Assembly (NCBI GenBank): GCA_037447605.1
Contig: CM074806.1
Location: 186,001-250,000 of the forward strand
Length of the DNA: 64,000 nucleotides
Direction: 5' to 3'
DNA from: Zygnema circumcarinatum SAG 698-1b
Taxonomy: Eukaryota; Plantae; Zygnematophyceae
Shown in pieces: positions 49,879 through 60,844 of this stretch; the stretch's first letter is position 1, and every line of letters begins with the position of its first letter. Below the pieces are notes generated by a model. It made no database searches, had not been told where the DNA came from, and was given only the letters and a program-made list of their open reading frames with translations. Position numbers and translations under genes: made by a program.

Positions 49879-52800
49879 TCAGCGCGGCACGTCCTGGGAG
49901 GTGCCGGGCGTGCAGGGGCGCGGGCCGGGGTAGCGGCTGCCCGGGGCGCAGAGCGTGGCGCCCGCGGGGACGGAGGAGGCAGCGCGGCACACGGGCCCGC
50001 CGTTGAAGCAGCGCAGCACGCCCAGGTCGCAGAAGAAGTGGCTGCTGGCGAGGGCGGTGCAGGTTGCGGCCCACCGCCCGAGGGTCAGGGTGCGGGTCAG
50101 GCTCAGGGCGTTGTTCCGGGCGGTGCAGAGGGGACACCCGGTGTCGCCGAAGTCTTCGGGGACGGCAGGAAATACGCACACCTGTTGAGAATCATTCAGT
50201 CAAAAGCAACACTCGAAAGGCGTGAGCGAGAGTGTGAGTCGCATTGATGGAAGGAGAGAAAAGGCATGGCTCAGTTTTTTTATAAGGATCCGTTATGATT
50301 GGGATTGGCATGGCTTCTTGACGAGTTTTACATAGAAAGAGAGCGTTACGCACCAGTTCCCCAGGGGTTAGGATGTCACAACGGATTCCAGGGTTCAAGG
50401 AGAAGAAGCTGAGTGCGGTAGTGCGGCCGCGGTAGAGAAACTCGCAGCCCAGCCCTACTTCGGCTTCAGTGATCATGTGGTAGTCTCCACACCGTGGATT
50501 CCGAAAGCGATTTCCGGGTTGTACGCATATCTGCAAGTACGTGTTTCAGCGATGGATGTTAATATCAGCCATGATGATGGTGGTAGTGGTGATGATGACG
50601 AGAAAGATGATGGATGATAATGATCATAATGGTGATGATTTATCACGACCAAGATGATGAAGATTGATGAGGATGACATATCAGTACGAAATCTTACAGG
50701 CAAGGTTAATAGATTTTGTCTTTAGTCAAACCAATGAAAAGTTTGATATGTCAGAATGTAGAGATTGGCTTTGTGACTGATGCATACCGGGAGATGTACA
50801 GGCAGGGGAGCCGTGGGATCGGAGCAGCTAAGACTGATCCTGGAATTGATTGAAACCAATGTCGGCACGTCCAGGATGTACGACGGATTACTGAACAGAC
50901 CTGTAACGCTTGAACAGGTGTCTCCCTGCACCCAAATCACTTCAATTCAGATGCAGAAAATAATACACATTCGTCATCCATTCATCGTTTCCTGTTAAGC
51001 TTCGGTTTTGTGAACGTGGCATGCAGTAAGGCTGGCAAACAAAGGGCACAGGTGAAGCTATCATAGCCAAAAACTGAAAAGCTGATTAGCATAGCTCCGA
51101 AAGTCTGGAGTCCCTATGATGTTACATTGCTAGCCAGTTTAGTGATCGATGTTATGGTTTCTATGGTTTTTAGGATTCTTTAGAGTTCTTTGTTGCGGAC
51201 ATACCGCTATTGTGACGTACATCACTCTGCACTCTATGCCATCAGAAGCGATCGGTCCGATATTGATGACAGTATTTTGAGGCACCCCTCCTGCTTCACA
51301 GTAGGCTTGCAAATACTGGAGAGACAAAAAAAATAAAAGAAAGCCCTCCCACTCGTCAAATTTTCGGCATTTAACAGATTTCAAGTCTTGAATGTCCTGC
51401 ACTTGTAACTTCCAAGCATAACATGCAGAAAGGGCCCAAGTCTCACATCAGATTTCAAATGTCGTATATTGCGGAGACGGAGAGGTTTGGACTCACAGGG
51501 TTGAGGTAGAAGAGGTCCTCCAAAGTCGCATTGGTCAGAAGAGTAAGTTCAGAACAAGAGAGGCCTCCGGGAGGTACCACGAAGGTCGGGTTTGAATCAA
51601 ACACAGCCGTATCGTCTGCATCATTGCTCCAAATGTAACGGTAATGATAAGAAGATGAAAGAAAATGGATACAAAAAGGATGAAGGCGAATTTTAGCAAT
51701 ACAAACTCATTTATCAGCATTGTCGTTTCTCTTAAAGATCAGCTCTCTACATATTATAGTGGATAGAAAGTAAACTCGATTGTTATCACACTCTAAGAGA
51801 TGAACTGTAAATAGAAAAATGCACATGACAAACGATGAAGGAACTAACAATTTTGGAATCCTTTGAGAAACGTTTGCTCGTTTGCGTTAGGTGTTCAGGT
51901 TTGCGCCCACCCGGAATGCAGATGGGAGAGAGGTCTTCCACTCGTGCGCCTTCGCGGAAGCCGCGCGGGAAGGAGCAGTCGCACGAGTAGCCACCCTTTC
52001 CATCGTTTACGCACCTGCTCTAGGGTTGAGGGCTCAGGGTTCTAGAATCTTATTGTTTTTTTGTGATATTTATTTCAGAACAGATTTCATCCTAATCAAA
52101 CCGTGTGGCAAAAGTAAAAGTGAGTGTGTCGTCCCTTACACGATGAACTACTCTCACAGCCTGCGGAGCATCTATTTCCGGAGGGAGGGAGGAGAGGCAG
52201 GGAGGGAGAGAGGGAGGGGAGGAGGGGGGGGGAGGGGAAGGGGAAGGGGGAGGGGGAGGGGGACGGGGGACGGGGGAGGGGGGAGGGTGGAGGGAAAGTG
52301 GGGAGGGGGAGGAGGGGGAGGGGGAGGGGGTGGGGAGTGGGGAGGTGGGGGAGGGGAAGGGGAAGGGGGAGGGGGAGGGGGAGGGGGAGGGGGAGGAGGG
52401 GGAGGGGGGTAGGGAGTGGGGAGGTGGGGGAGGGGGAAAGGGGGAGGGGGAGGATGGGGGAGCGGGGTGTGGGGAGGAGGGGGAGGGGGGAGGGGGGAGG
52501 AAGGGGAAGGGTGGAGGAGGAGGAGGGGGGGGGAGCGGGAGGGGGGGTGAGGGGGAGGGGAGACGAGCATTTACCTGCCAACACCGCATGGGTTGAACGT
52601 TTTTGACCCGCACACATCAACTGAACAATGGCACCCCACCCATCCGCTGATAAGTTGCAAACCGAGACACGGCTTTGCAGAGAAAACCTCAAACTCCGTT
52701 CATACAACTGAAGCTCCTAGATTATTTTAGAAGCAGCATCAAGCTGTTGACTTGAAGAGCAATTGCGACGAAGACAAAACCTCATCCCATCTTTGTATTT

Positions 52801-55471
52801 TCTGGATTTTCACATCCAAGGCAGTATTCAACCAACTTTATTATTTTTTTTAAGAAAAGAGAAAAAAGCTGAATAGTTGAAGGGTAAGACTCACCAAGGG
52901 TACAGACTTCATCACTTCCGGTGGTACTGGGCTGATGAATAAAGCTGAACCTGCATTTACATGTGGCGGTGGTCTGATTTATGGGAGCACAAGTACCGCT
53001 CCCGCACGGATTGTTGGCGATACCTCCATCACATGATGTCACTGCGCAGACATGCATTGCTCACGTTAGAGCAAGAGAGTGAGAGAGAGAGGGGGCGGGA
53101 GGGAATGTGAGAGGGAGAGAAAGAGATGTTACAGAGGCAAGAGACACAGAAAGGAGAGTGAATGAGCAAGAAGGGTGAGAATAGACATGGGGGAGAGGGA
53201 GGACAGAGAGAGAGAAAGGGATTACTGAGAAATGGACAGGAAGGTGAGAGACTGACCAGGAAAGTTGCGAAAATTCGGTCGCAGGGTGGGAGTAAAATAG
53301 AGAGAGTGGGGGAGAGAGAGTGGGAGAGAAAGGGAGAGAGAGAGGGAGAGAGAGAGAGGGGGGGGATTGGGACCTAAACCGTGACAGTTGACTTACCGCG
53401 TCTCCGTGGAGGGGGGAAGGGGGGTGAGGGAGGAGGCCTCCCTGGAGGTCGAGGGGGAGGCCATTTTCGAGGAGGAGGGGGAGAGCGAGGAGGGGGAGGA
53501 CGGCGAGGAGGGGGAGGACGGCGAGGAGGAGGAGAGGGAGGGGGAACGCTCAGAAGTGCTCTTGAAGTCACTGCTGTTGGATCAGATTCAGCTGTCCACC
53601 AATCAGATTTTGAGGCCCCAATTCAACGTCAAGGTTGAGAGCACTGAAAATGGTAAGTTCTTTCTCGCGTTGTATTCAAAGATAACTTTCTTAATTCTGC
53701 GATTGAAATACCATCATTTCAATTCCGACTGTATTTTTGTAGTTCTCAGGAGAAAAATTGAAAAGTTTTTTACCGAGAAGACGCCGAGACCCTCCGCTCT
53801 GTGCAACGGGAAACGGATCGATAACTGGATATATGGGATTGACCTCATACATGTTGCAAACTCCCTTCCCATACATGTCTCGTCTGAGTCGTATATACCC
53901 ATTCTCTCCCCACCTCGGTCCCCATGAATTTTTTGCAATCCAAAAGGGAATAGTTCCCTCCTGCCCATATCCGACAATGAGGAGGTTGTGGTTGGGAGTT
54001 CCGGAGCAGCCGAAGCCATGAAAAATGCCCTGAAGCCAAAGAACACCAACCACTTAAAACGAGCTTACTTTCTTTAGTTTATAAAATGTTCTTCAACCAC
54101 TTAAAACGAGCTTACTTTCATTAGTTTATGAAATGTTCTTCAACCACTTAAAACGAGCTTACTTTCATTAGTTTATGAAATGTTCTTCAACCACTTAAAA
54201 CGACTTTACTTTCTTTAGTTTATCAGATGTTTTTCGAGTTCAAAAGTTATTTGTTTAAAAAGTAGTACGTGGAGGGAGCACGGGCCATCGCTGTGGAGAA
54301 TCACAGATTTCCCTCACCCTTTGTCTTTCATTCCTCTCTCTCTCTCACCCTCTCTACTCTCTCTCTCTCCCTCCCCCTTGTGTCACTTCTCTCACACTTT
54401 CTCTCCCTCCTCTTTCTCGTTTCTCTCCCGTCCTGATGTGCAGAGGGTACTAACCCCACTGTACGTGTAGAACGCGTCAACAGCTGTGGAGATTGCAATG
54501 ATTGCAGGTTGACTGTTGACCACTTTCGTGAGTGCGAGGCCATTCTCAACAGGAACTTTCTCCCATCCTATCACTCTACTCCTGCCCGAATCGTACGATG
54601 CTCCCTCCTGCAAGGAGAAAAAAAATGACAGTTACCACTCTTAGTTAAAACCTAGAAAAACCCTCATCTCCTTTCAGAACAGAAGCTTGTGGAGTGCGAT
54701 AATAAGTAGCAAGAGAACGAGAATGAGTAGCAGAAAGTAGCCCCTAAAGGACAGGAATATGACTTGGCTAGAGATGCATGATTGACTGTTCAGAGAGTGA
54801 AATCACCTTTGCTCTGTTGCAAGCGGCAGACCTCACCTCCCCTCCAAGGGAGGGATACTCGCTGTCATAGTTTAGCCCTCCTAACTGAGCTATGTATTCA
54901 AGTGCGTCTTTGGGGTCCCCTCCCTCACAAGTAGAGCCGAAACTCGGCATGCAGTCCAACAGCTGCTGCAGAGCGAGGGGGGGACCCCCCACAATGCCAT
55001 CGTTCATATTGATCGCAATTTGCACAGCTTCTATACTTGAAGCTGCCCAGCAGGCATCTGGTGAGAGAGGGAAAGATAAGGAGGGGGGAGGGGGGGGGGG
55101 GGGGGGGNNNNNNNNNNGGGGGGGGGGGGGGGGGGAAGGGTGAAAAGAAAGAAATATTGGGTTACAAGGAGAAAGAATGGAGACATCTGTACAAAAAGGA
55201 AGGGAGGGAGGGGGAGGAGGGGAGGGGGAAACGAAAAGAGAGAGGTGTAGGATTAATGGGAGATTTTTTGTTTGTGTTTTGTGTTTTGGGACTTACAGCA
55301 GTTGAGCTGGTTGTGAACTGTTGGGCTGAAACTTCTCCAGTCGACGGATGACCGCAGAATTTGAACGCTGTTGTAGCGGAAGAATGGGGAGAAGGAGACG
55401 GCGGATATGAGAGAGCAGGAGGGAGGGAGGCATAGGCTTGCCAGAGAGAAGCGGTCGATGAATCCGGTGGT
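49879..55471 (-). CDS. Papain-family (C1A) cysteine protease fused to a Pro/Arg linker, two EGF-like and four LysM-like domains; 5' exons probably extend to ~56760 or 57364
   Basis: Thirteen in-frame GT-AG exons: 55471-55297, 55057-54807, 54607-54455, 54029-53774, 53591-53397, 53041-52895, 52620-52575, 52014-51911, 51615-51497, 51315-51205, 50925-50788, 50530-50354, 50181-49879. Motifs [26 protein letters not shown] and KNSWG; [14 protein letters not shown] and [20 protein letters not shown]; LysM-like GDTCSSV..SINS..C..LPICV. Confidence 0.85.
52190..52562. repeat. G-rich purine tract (intronic)
   Basis: Almost continuous GGGGA/GGGGGA runs in the intron that splits the second EGF-like domain. 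Confidence 0.9.
54047..54234. repeat. 47-bp minisatellite, 4 copies, at the 3' end of a protease intron
   Basis: CAACCACTTAAAACGAGCTTACTTTCWTTAGTTTATRAAATGTTCTT at 54047, 54094 and 54141, with a degenerate copy at 54188. Confidence 0.92.
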
Positions 55472-58400
55472 CTGAGGCACAAATGTTACAGGGAGGAGAG
55501 AGTGCATGTGTGTGTGTGTGTGTGTGTGTGTGAGCGAGAGAGAGAGAGCGCGAGAGAGAGAGAGAGAGGGAGGAGGAAGACGAAAGGAGAGCGGCAAAAA
55601 CAAAAGAAGCGAATAGCGCCGACCGAGTTTTTTTTTTCAATTAAAGAGGTAAGGGCGGCAACAAAGACGAAGGGCGGCACTCAGAGGAAACGTTCAAGAC
55701 TGCCAATCACTATCAACGGTGTCGGTCGTGTTGGAAACCATAAAGAGAGAGGGAGGGACACCGAGAGAGAGAGCGAGATAGACAGAGAGAGAGAGAGAGA
55801 GAGAGCGAGAGCGACAGGGAGAGAGAGAGAGCGAGATAGCGAGAGAAAGAGGGAGAGTGTCTCCTCGGACGCTCACAATGCCGAAGGGAGGAGGGCGGTA
55901 AGAGAGACGTGTGCAGTTGGCGAAGCGACACGTGTAACACATTCCCAACTCCTCACTGAAGCAGAGGTTGTACGGACAGCTCCCTCCCGCTATCCACGTT
56001 CCCGCTGAGTCGCACTTGCACCACTCTCTGTGTGAATGCAGCACAGGCCAAAAAGGAGAATAAGACGCATAATAGGAGCGAGTTAAGATAAAAAAGAAGG
56101 GATATATGCAAAACTAGGAGCAAGTAAAAGAATTTATGGGCGGAGATACAAGGCCATGCAGAGCCTTGCACCCATTCCTAAAGTAATGAAAAATGATAAC
56201 AATCTGAGGATTCTTCACAAAGCCAAGTAGACTCCTTCAGGGATGGGAGATGCGTGAGGGGAGAAAACTGTAACTGATTTGTACTTGATTTTCCGATATT
56301 GTTGATTACGTCATTGAAGCAAACTTATGCGTGGCGAGGCTGGGGACCGAACCATGTCACGACTACATAGAAACAGACAGTTACAGACTCTTCTGTTTCA
56401 GTTTAGAACTATGAAATTATAACTATAGAAGATTCCTAGAACTAAAGCGAAATGAGATGTATATGTACGTGCTCTTTTTTTTTTTTTTTTGAATGGGAGT
56501 GCCTNNNNNNNNNNCCCCCCCCCCCCCCCCCCCCCCCCCTTAATTACCTGCAGGGTATTTCGGACGAGTTGCTGACGAATGTCCCATTTTTCCTCCCAAC
56601 ACAACATGCAGTATTCCTCTACAACCCCCCCCTCCCACGGACACAATCTAATGTGAGCACAAAGCAAGGCGACTCAAAAAGCCGAAAAGCAATCAAAAGC
56701 AGCCAAATGTCCGAAGCCCTAAAGTCGCTCCATCGGCCGTTGCTTTCTTCCATGCAATGGTGGCGATCCACCCACATTCACGAGAAACCCTAAAACCCTA
56801 AAATCTGTAGTAAAAAGAATCAGAATGACTCAAAAAGCGCTTCATGTTGTATTCTGTTTTTTCCACTACAAAAGAAGGGTGAGGCCGTTCGTTCCCATAT
56901 ACCGGAAAAGGGGGAGGCCGCGTCGCGTTCCATATAAAGAAGGAGGGAGGGGGGGGAGAGGGAGAGGGAGGAGGGGGGCGAGGAGGAGGAGGAGGAGGAG
57001 GAGGAGGAGGGCGGGAGGGAGGAAGCCTTATGAGCGGTATTCGAATAGCAGGAGGAGGCGGAGGGCTGGTTGACCCAACAAGCTCTCTCCTGAAATGGCC
57101 CTCTCTCTCTCGTCCTCCCTCCCCATCTCTCTCTGTCTCTCCCTCCCCCTCTCTCCCTCTCCCTCTCTCTCTCTCCCTCTCCACTCCCTCTGAGAGCAAC
57201 TCCTCCGCGTTCCGAGTTCTATCATCGACCGTCTCGCGACCCGGACCTGCGCTGCGGAGGTCACCAGCCAATGGCATGCCTCCACGTGGACCAATCCCCC
57301 CTCCCGCCAGGATCGCTAAACCCCCAAACGCGAGCAGCGCCCAAAAGGCCCTCAACCCCGCCATGGCTTCGTCTTTTTTTTTTTTTTTTTTTTTTTAATG
57401 AGCGGGAAAAAAAATTTGAAGTGCCTAAAAAGTGTGCATGCACAATGAATATCGGCGCTTTCTTTTTATAATTTTTTATTTTTAGATTTATTTTGATTCG
57501 AGAGGAGAGGGAGCTTCGTCTTCTCTACGCGGTCGACCCCTTCGCAGCCGCGAAGCCGCCGCGAGTGACGACAAATTTGCCGCCCGGGGAATCGGGTCCG
57601 CCGACGGCCTATGAAACTTGTTGTGGGTTTGGACAACATAGGTCGGTGCCGTACATAATTGTCGGTAGAAGCCTGTCGTTGATGTCGGTGAGCGTACGAG
57701 TTCCGCAGATCTCCCATCCACGGGTCGTCGGGGGTCCCGTCTGGTCGCGAAGGCTCGAATGGGACAGGTTTGAAATATGGTTTTGTCAGACGAGAAAAGT
57801 TTTAAATTTCCTTTAACGAATATGTTTTCCTTTTTTTTGAGCGCTGATCGATGACAGGCCAAACGGAATTTGGTTAAAACTACAGCGGCTGTAAAATAAT
57901 GTTCACAATGGAACTTCACTCTGGCGGCTACATCAGAAATTAAAATGGTTACTTTTTCACTTCAGGCACCTGAAACAGTTGTTTTTTCACGAATATTGTT
58001 TGTTGTTGTTGTTTCACGAATATTTCCGACGCAAGAACACAGCCAGGATTTGTCGTTTTTTCACCATTTTTAGCTGGAAAATAAGGCTGTCAGCTGTACG
58101 CACGTGTGATTGGCGGAAAGCCATTCGAAGTTGACCGGGGTGTGCGCATAACCTCCCAAGGGAGGTTCCTTTATGCCGACCTTGTACTAAACGACAAACT
58201 GTGAGATGTGCAGTAAGTGCAGCAGGGCAATACTTCGTACGTTCGTACGCCCAAATTGGACTCTTGCTGTGCGGGTGTTCACGTGCAGCAGGATCTTATA
58301 TTTGTCGTGTATTGATAGCAAGACAAAAGCCTTGATTATCGAAGCTTCTACGAAGCCCTCCTACTAAACTGTAGGACACATGAAAATTTTCGTGTTGATT

Positions 58401-58809
58401 CCGTAAAAATAAAACTATAACAACACTGAGCAGGCGTTCCTTGCCTAACGGCGCGAACGGTAGCAGTCCAGCCTCGAACCGTTCACATTTGAATCAACGA
58501 AGTTTTTTCTGAGTCGTTTCTAGACGTGTTCACATTGGGCACTTCCAAGCGGGTTAGGGCACACGTGGCAGTCCGGGAGGTCCAAGAGCGGAGGCTCTCC
58601 CTCCCTCCCTGCCCTCCCCCCAGCAGGCGGTTGTTCTCTCTCTTCAAAGGGGCAGGGCGCAGCTCTGCGAGAGTCTGACGAGCAGCGGAATCCCTACCTT
58701 TCTCCCTACATCGCGCTCTCCTTCAATTGCTTTTTCCAATAAAAAAAAAAAAAAATAACGCACCTGCATTTGCATTTAGATCTTCGCTCGTCGTCGCTAA
58801 TCAGAAGCC

Positions 58810-60844
58810 ATGGCTGGTGTTACGAAGCGTTTGACCAAGCTCTTCGATCCAGTCTGGAACTGGGCGGCGAAGAGCTACCAGGCTTCCGTCGCCAAGGAGC
58901 TCAAGAAATATGGTACGGATTGCCGCTACTGTGCGCGCACTTCTACCATATCCTGTTGTCGTGGTGCAGTTGCAGTCGGTCCATGACTAGGCTCGCGGCA
59001 GTTCATATATTGTCTTACATCTTTCGTTACAGAGGAGCTTCGTCAACGAATTGTGGCTAGTTGCCAAACTCCATTGCATAGTTTATACGTTGATAATTGT
59101 AGGGCCTGATCGGGATTCATTGCTCGTGACTTGTTTTATCTTTTCTAGCAGTAGTTTAGGTTTATTACTGTACTTCCTTCGCAAACAAGCACAGACCTAT
59201 GCTGTTATGCCCTCCCACTTAGCGATCTCCTTTATCTCAGCTTTCTTGTCGTGCTTAGTGAAACGGTAAATCAAGCACTCGAGAAAAGTTGGGCATTCAG
59301 CGATGGTTACTCCTTGTGACTGTTAGAGAGCCAGCTTCTTGTTTAGTTAGTGTGTTTTTCGCTCAAGCATAACACGAGCAGCAACTGCCACTTGCTTAAG
59401 AATCGGGCTGTGCTGCTTCCTTCCTTCGCCTGACCCGAACCCTAACCCTACGTATCGATGTTAGCTGTAACTCTCGGTCCTGGCTGGTGGATGCAGGTCT
59501 TCGATACGATGATCTTTATGACGATATGTATGATCTTGATGTCGCTGAGGCTCTAAAGAGGCTGCCTCAGGAGGTCGTGGACGCGCGAAATCAACGCCTG
59601 AAGCGTGCTATGGACATATCCATGAAGCACACATCACTGCCCAAGGAGCTTCAGGTCAGTAGGTTTCTTCAGGGGCAGCTGATAGCCAAAGAAGATTAGT
59701 GTTGCACAGCAATTAACTTGGTCGACACCTATACAACGGCAGTCATTGTTTTTTATAAGACCTAGGTACCATGCCTACAGAGTGTCATCCTTACTATGTT
59801 GTGAAGATAATGAACATGATAATATTCATATTACGATAACTCATTTGCCACTTTAATTTACCACAAAGGTTGAGCCCTAACTCACATCGAATCATCTTCA
59901 CCTTTTCTATTGGAGCACTCCACGATGTATGCGACTGCACTCATCACTTGTAGACGATTCCTTTTTAGATAGGAGCTGTCGCTCATTCATAGTCACCTGG
60001 AGCACTATTTCTGCCTTGTAACTAAAATCGTAGGTTTTTCTTATCGCCTTAAATGGAAGTGGCTGACATTGTGAACACTGTCTATGGCCTTCCTTTGCTT
60101 GCAGGAACAGCAGATTCCATATGAACCTTACCTTCAGGACGTCCTGCGACAGGTATGCATACAACTTGCCAATATTTGTCTAACCACTTTCTTTTAATTT
60201 CATTACTGTGCGCTGCACTTGTTACAGTATTTTTGCTATTTGGCATGCCTCACTTTCACTCAATCTGCATTTTCGCTTGCCTCCTTATAGACACTGTTCT
60301 GGGTACCAGAGCAACTTGTTCACTTTAGGTTCAGGTTTAGGGTTTAGGTGGTTTAGGTTTTAGGTTTAGGTTTAGGTTTAGGTTTAGGTTTAGGTTTAGG
60401 TTTAGGTTTAGGTTTAGGTTTAGGTTTAGGTTTAGGTTTAGGTTTAGGTTTAGGTTTAGGTTTAGGTTTAGGTTTAGGTTTAGGTTTAGGTTTAGGTTTA
60501 GGTTTAGGTTTAGGTTTAGGTTTAGGTTTAGGTTTAGGTTTAGTGTTTAGGTTTAGGGTTAGGGTTTTGGGTTTAGGTGGTTTACCAACGATTCTGGAAT
60601 CAGCAGCCATGTGAAGTGGTTTGCAGATCGCAGGCACAGTAATGGTTGGGGCATTCCAGTAGTTGAATGCAGCAGTTTTCTTGAGCTTGCATTACTTCTT
60701 CACCTATTTGGAGTCATTGTAGGAATAGACTTTCCTGACGGAGTCAACGTAGGACGTCTCTGATCATTTGTGCAGATTAAAGCGGAGAGGGAGGAACGCA
60801 AATCTCTCGGTGCCGGCATGCCCTACAATCGCCAAATTCCCTGA
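58810..60844 (+). CDS. QCR7: Cytochrome b-c1 complex subunit 7 (125 aa)
   Basis: Exons 58810-58912, 59497-59654, 60105-60152, 60776-60844 (378 nt). KYGLRYDDLYD, LKRLPQEVVDARNQRLKRAMDISMKH and PYLQDVL. Confidence 0.96.
60324..60584 (+). repeat. Interstitial telomere-like (TTTAGG)n array in QCR7 intron 3
   Basis: About 32 perfect TTTAGG units (60352-60543) with degenerate TTTAGGG/TTAGGG/TTCAGG units at the edges. Confidence 0.95.

Noticed and set aside
52092-52707. Poly-Pro/poly-Gly extensin-like ORFs (also 25867-26427 and 40700-40880)
   Set aside because: They arise from stop-free G/C tracts that lie in introns or intergenic DNA according to the exon traces.
54047-54234. CRISPR-like direct repeats
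   Set aside because: Head-to-tail 47-bp units with no unique spacers, so a minisatellite.
26057-56514. Six runs of exactly 10 N (26057, 34775, 39885, 40807, 55108, 56505)
   Set aside because: Placeholder assembly gaps in or beside G/C-rich low-complexity tracts; technical, not biological.
56798-57364. 188-aa ORF with a signal-peptide-like start as the definite first exon of the protease
   Set aside because: It overlaps G-box/CCAAT promoter-like motifs and a GA-rich tract resembling other 5' UTRs here, and ends in a stop with no clear in-frame donor. Kept only as an alternative.
60353-60637. ORF encoding (PK)n
   Set aside because: It is the antisense translation of the TTTAGG array inside a QCR7 intron.
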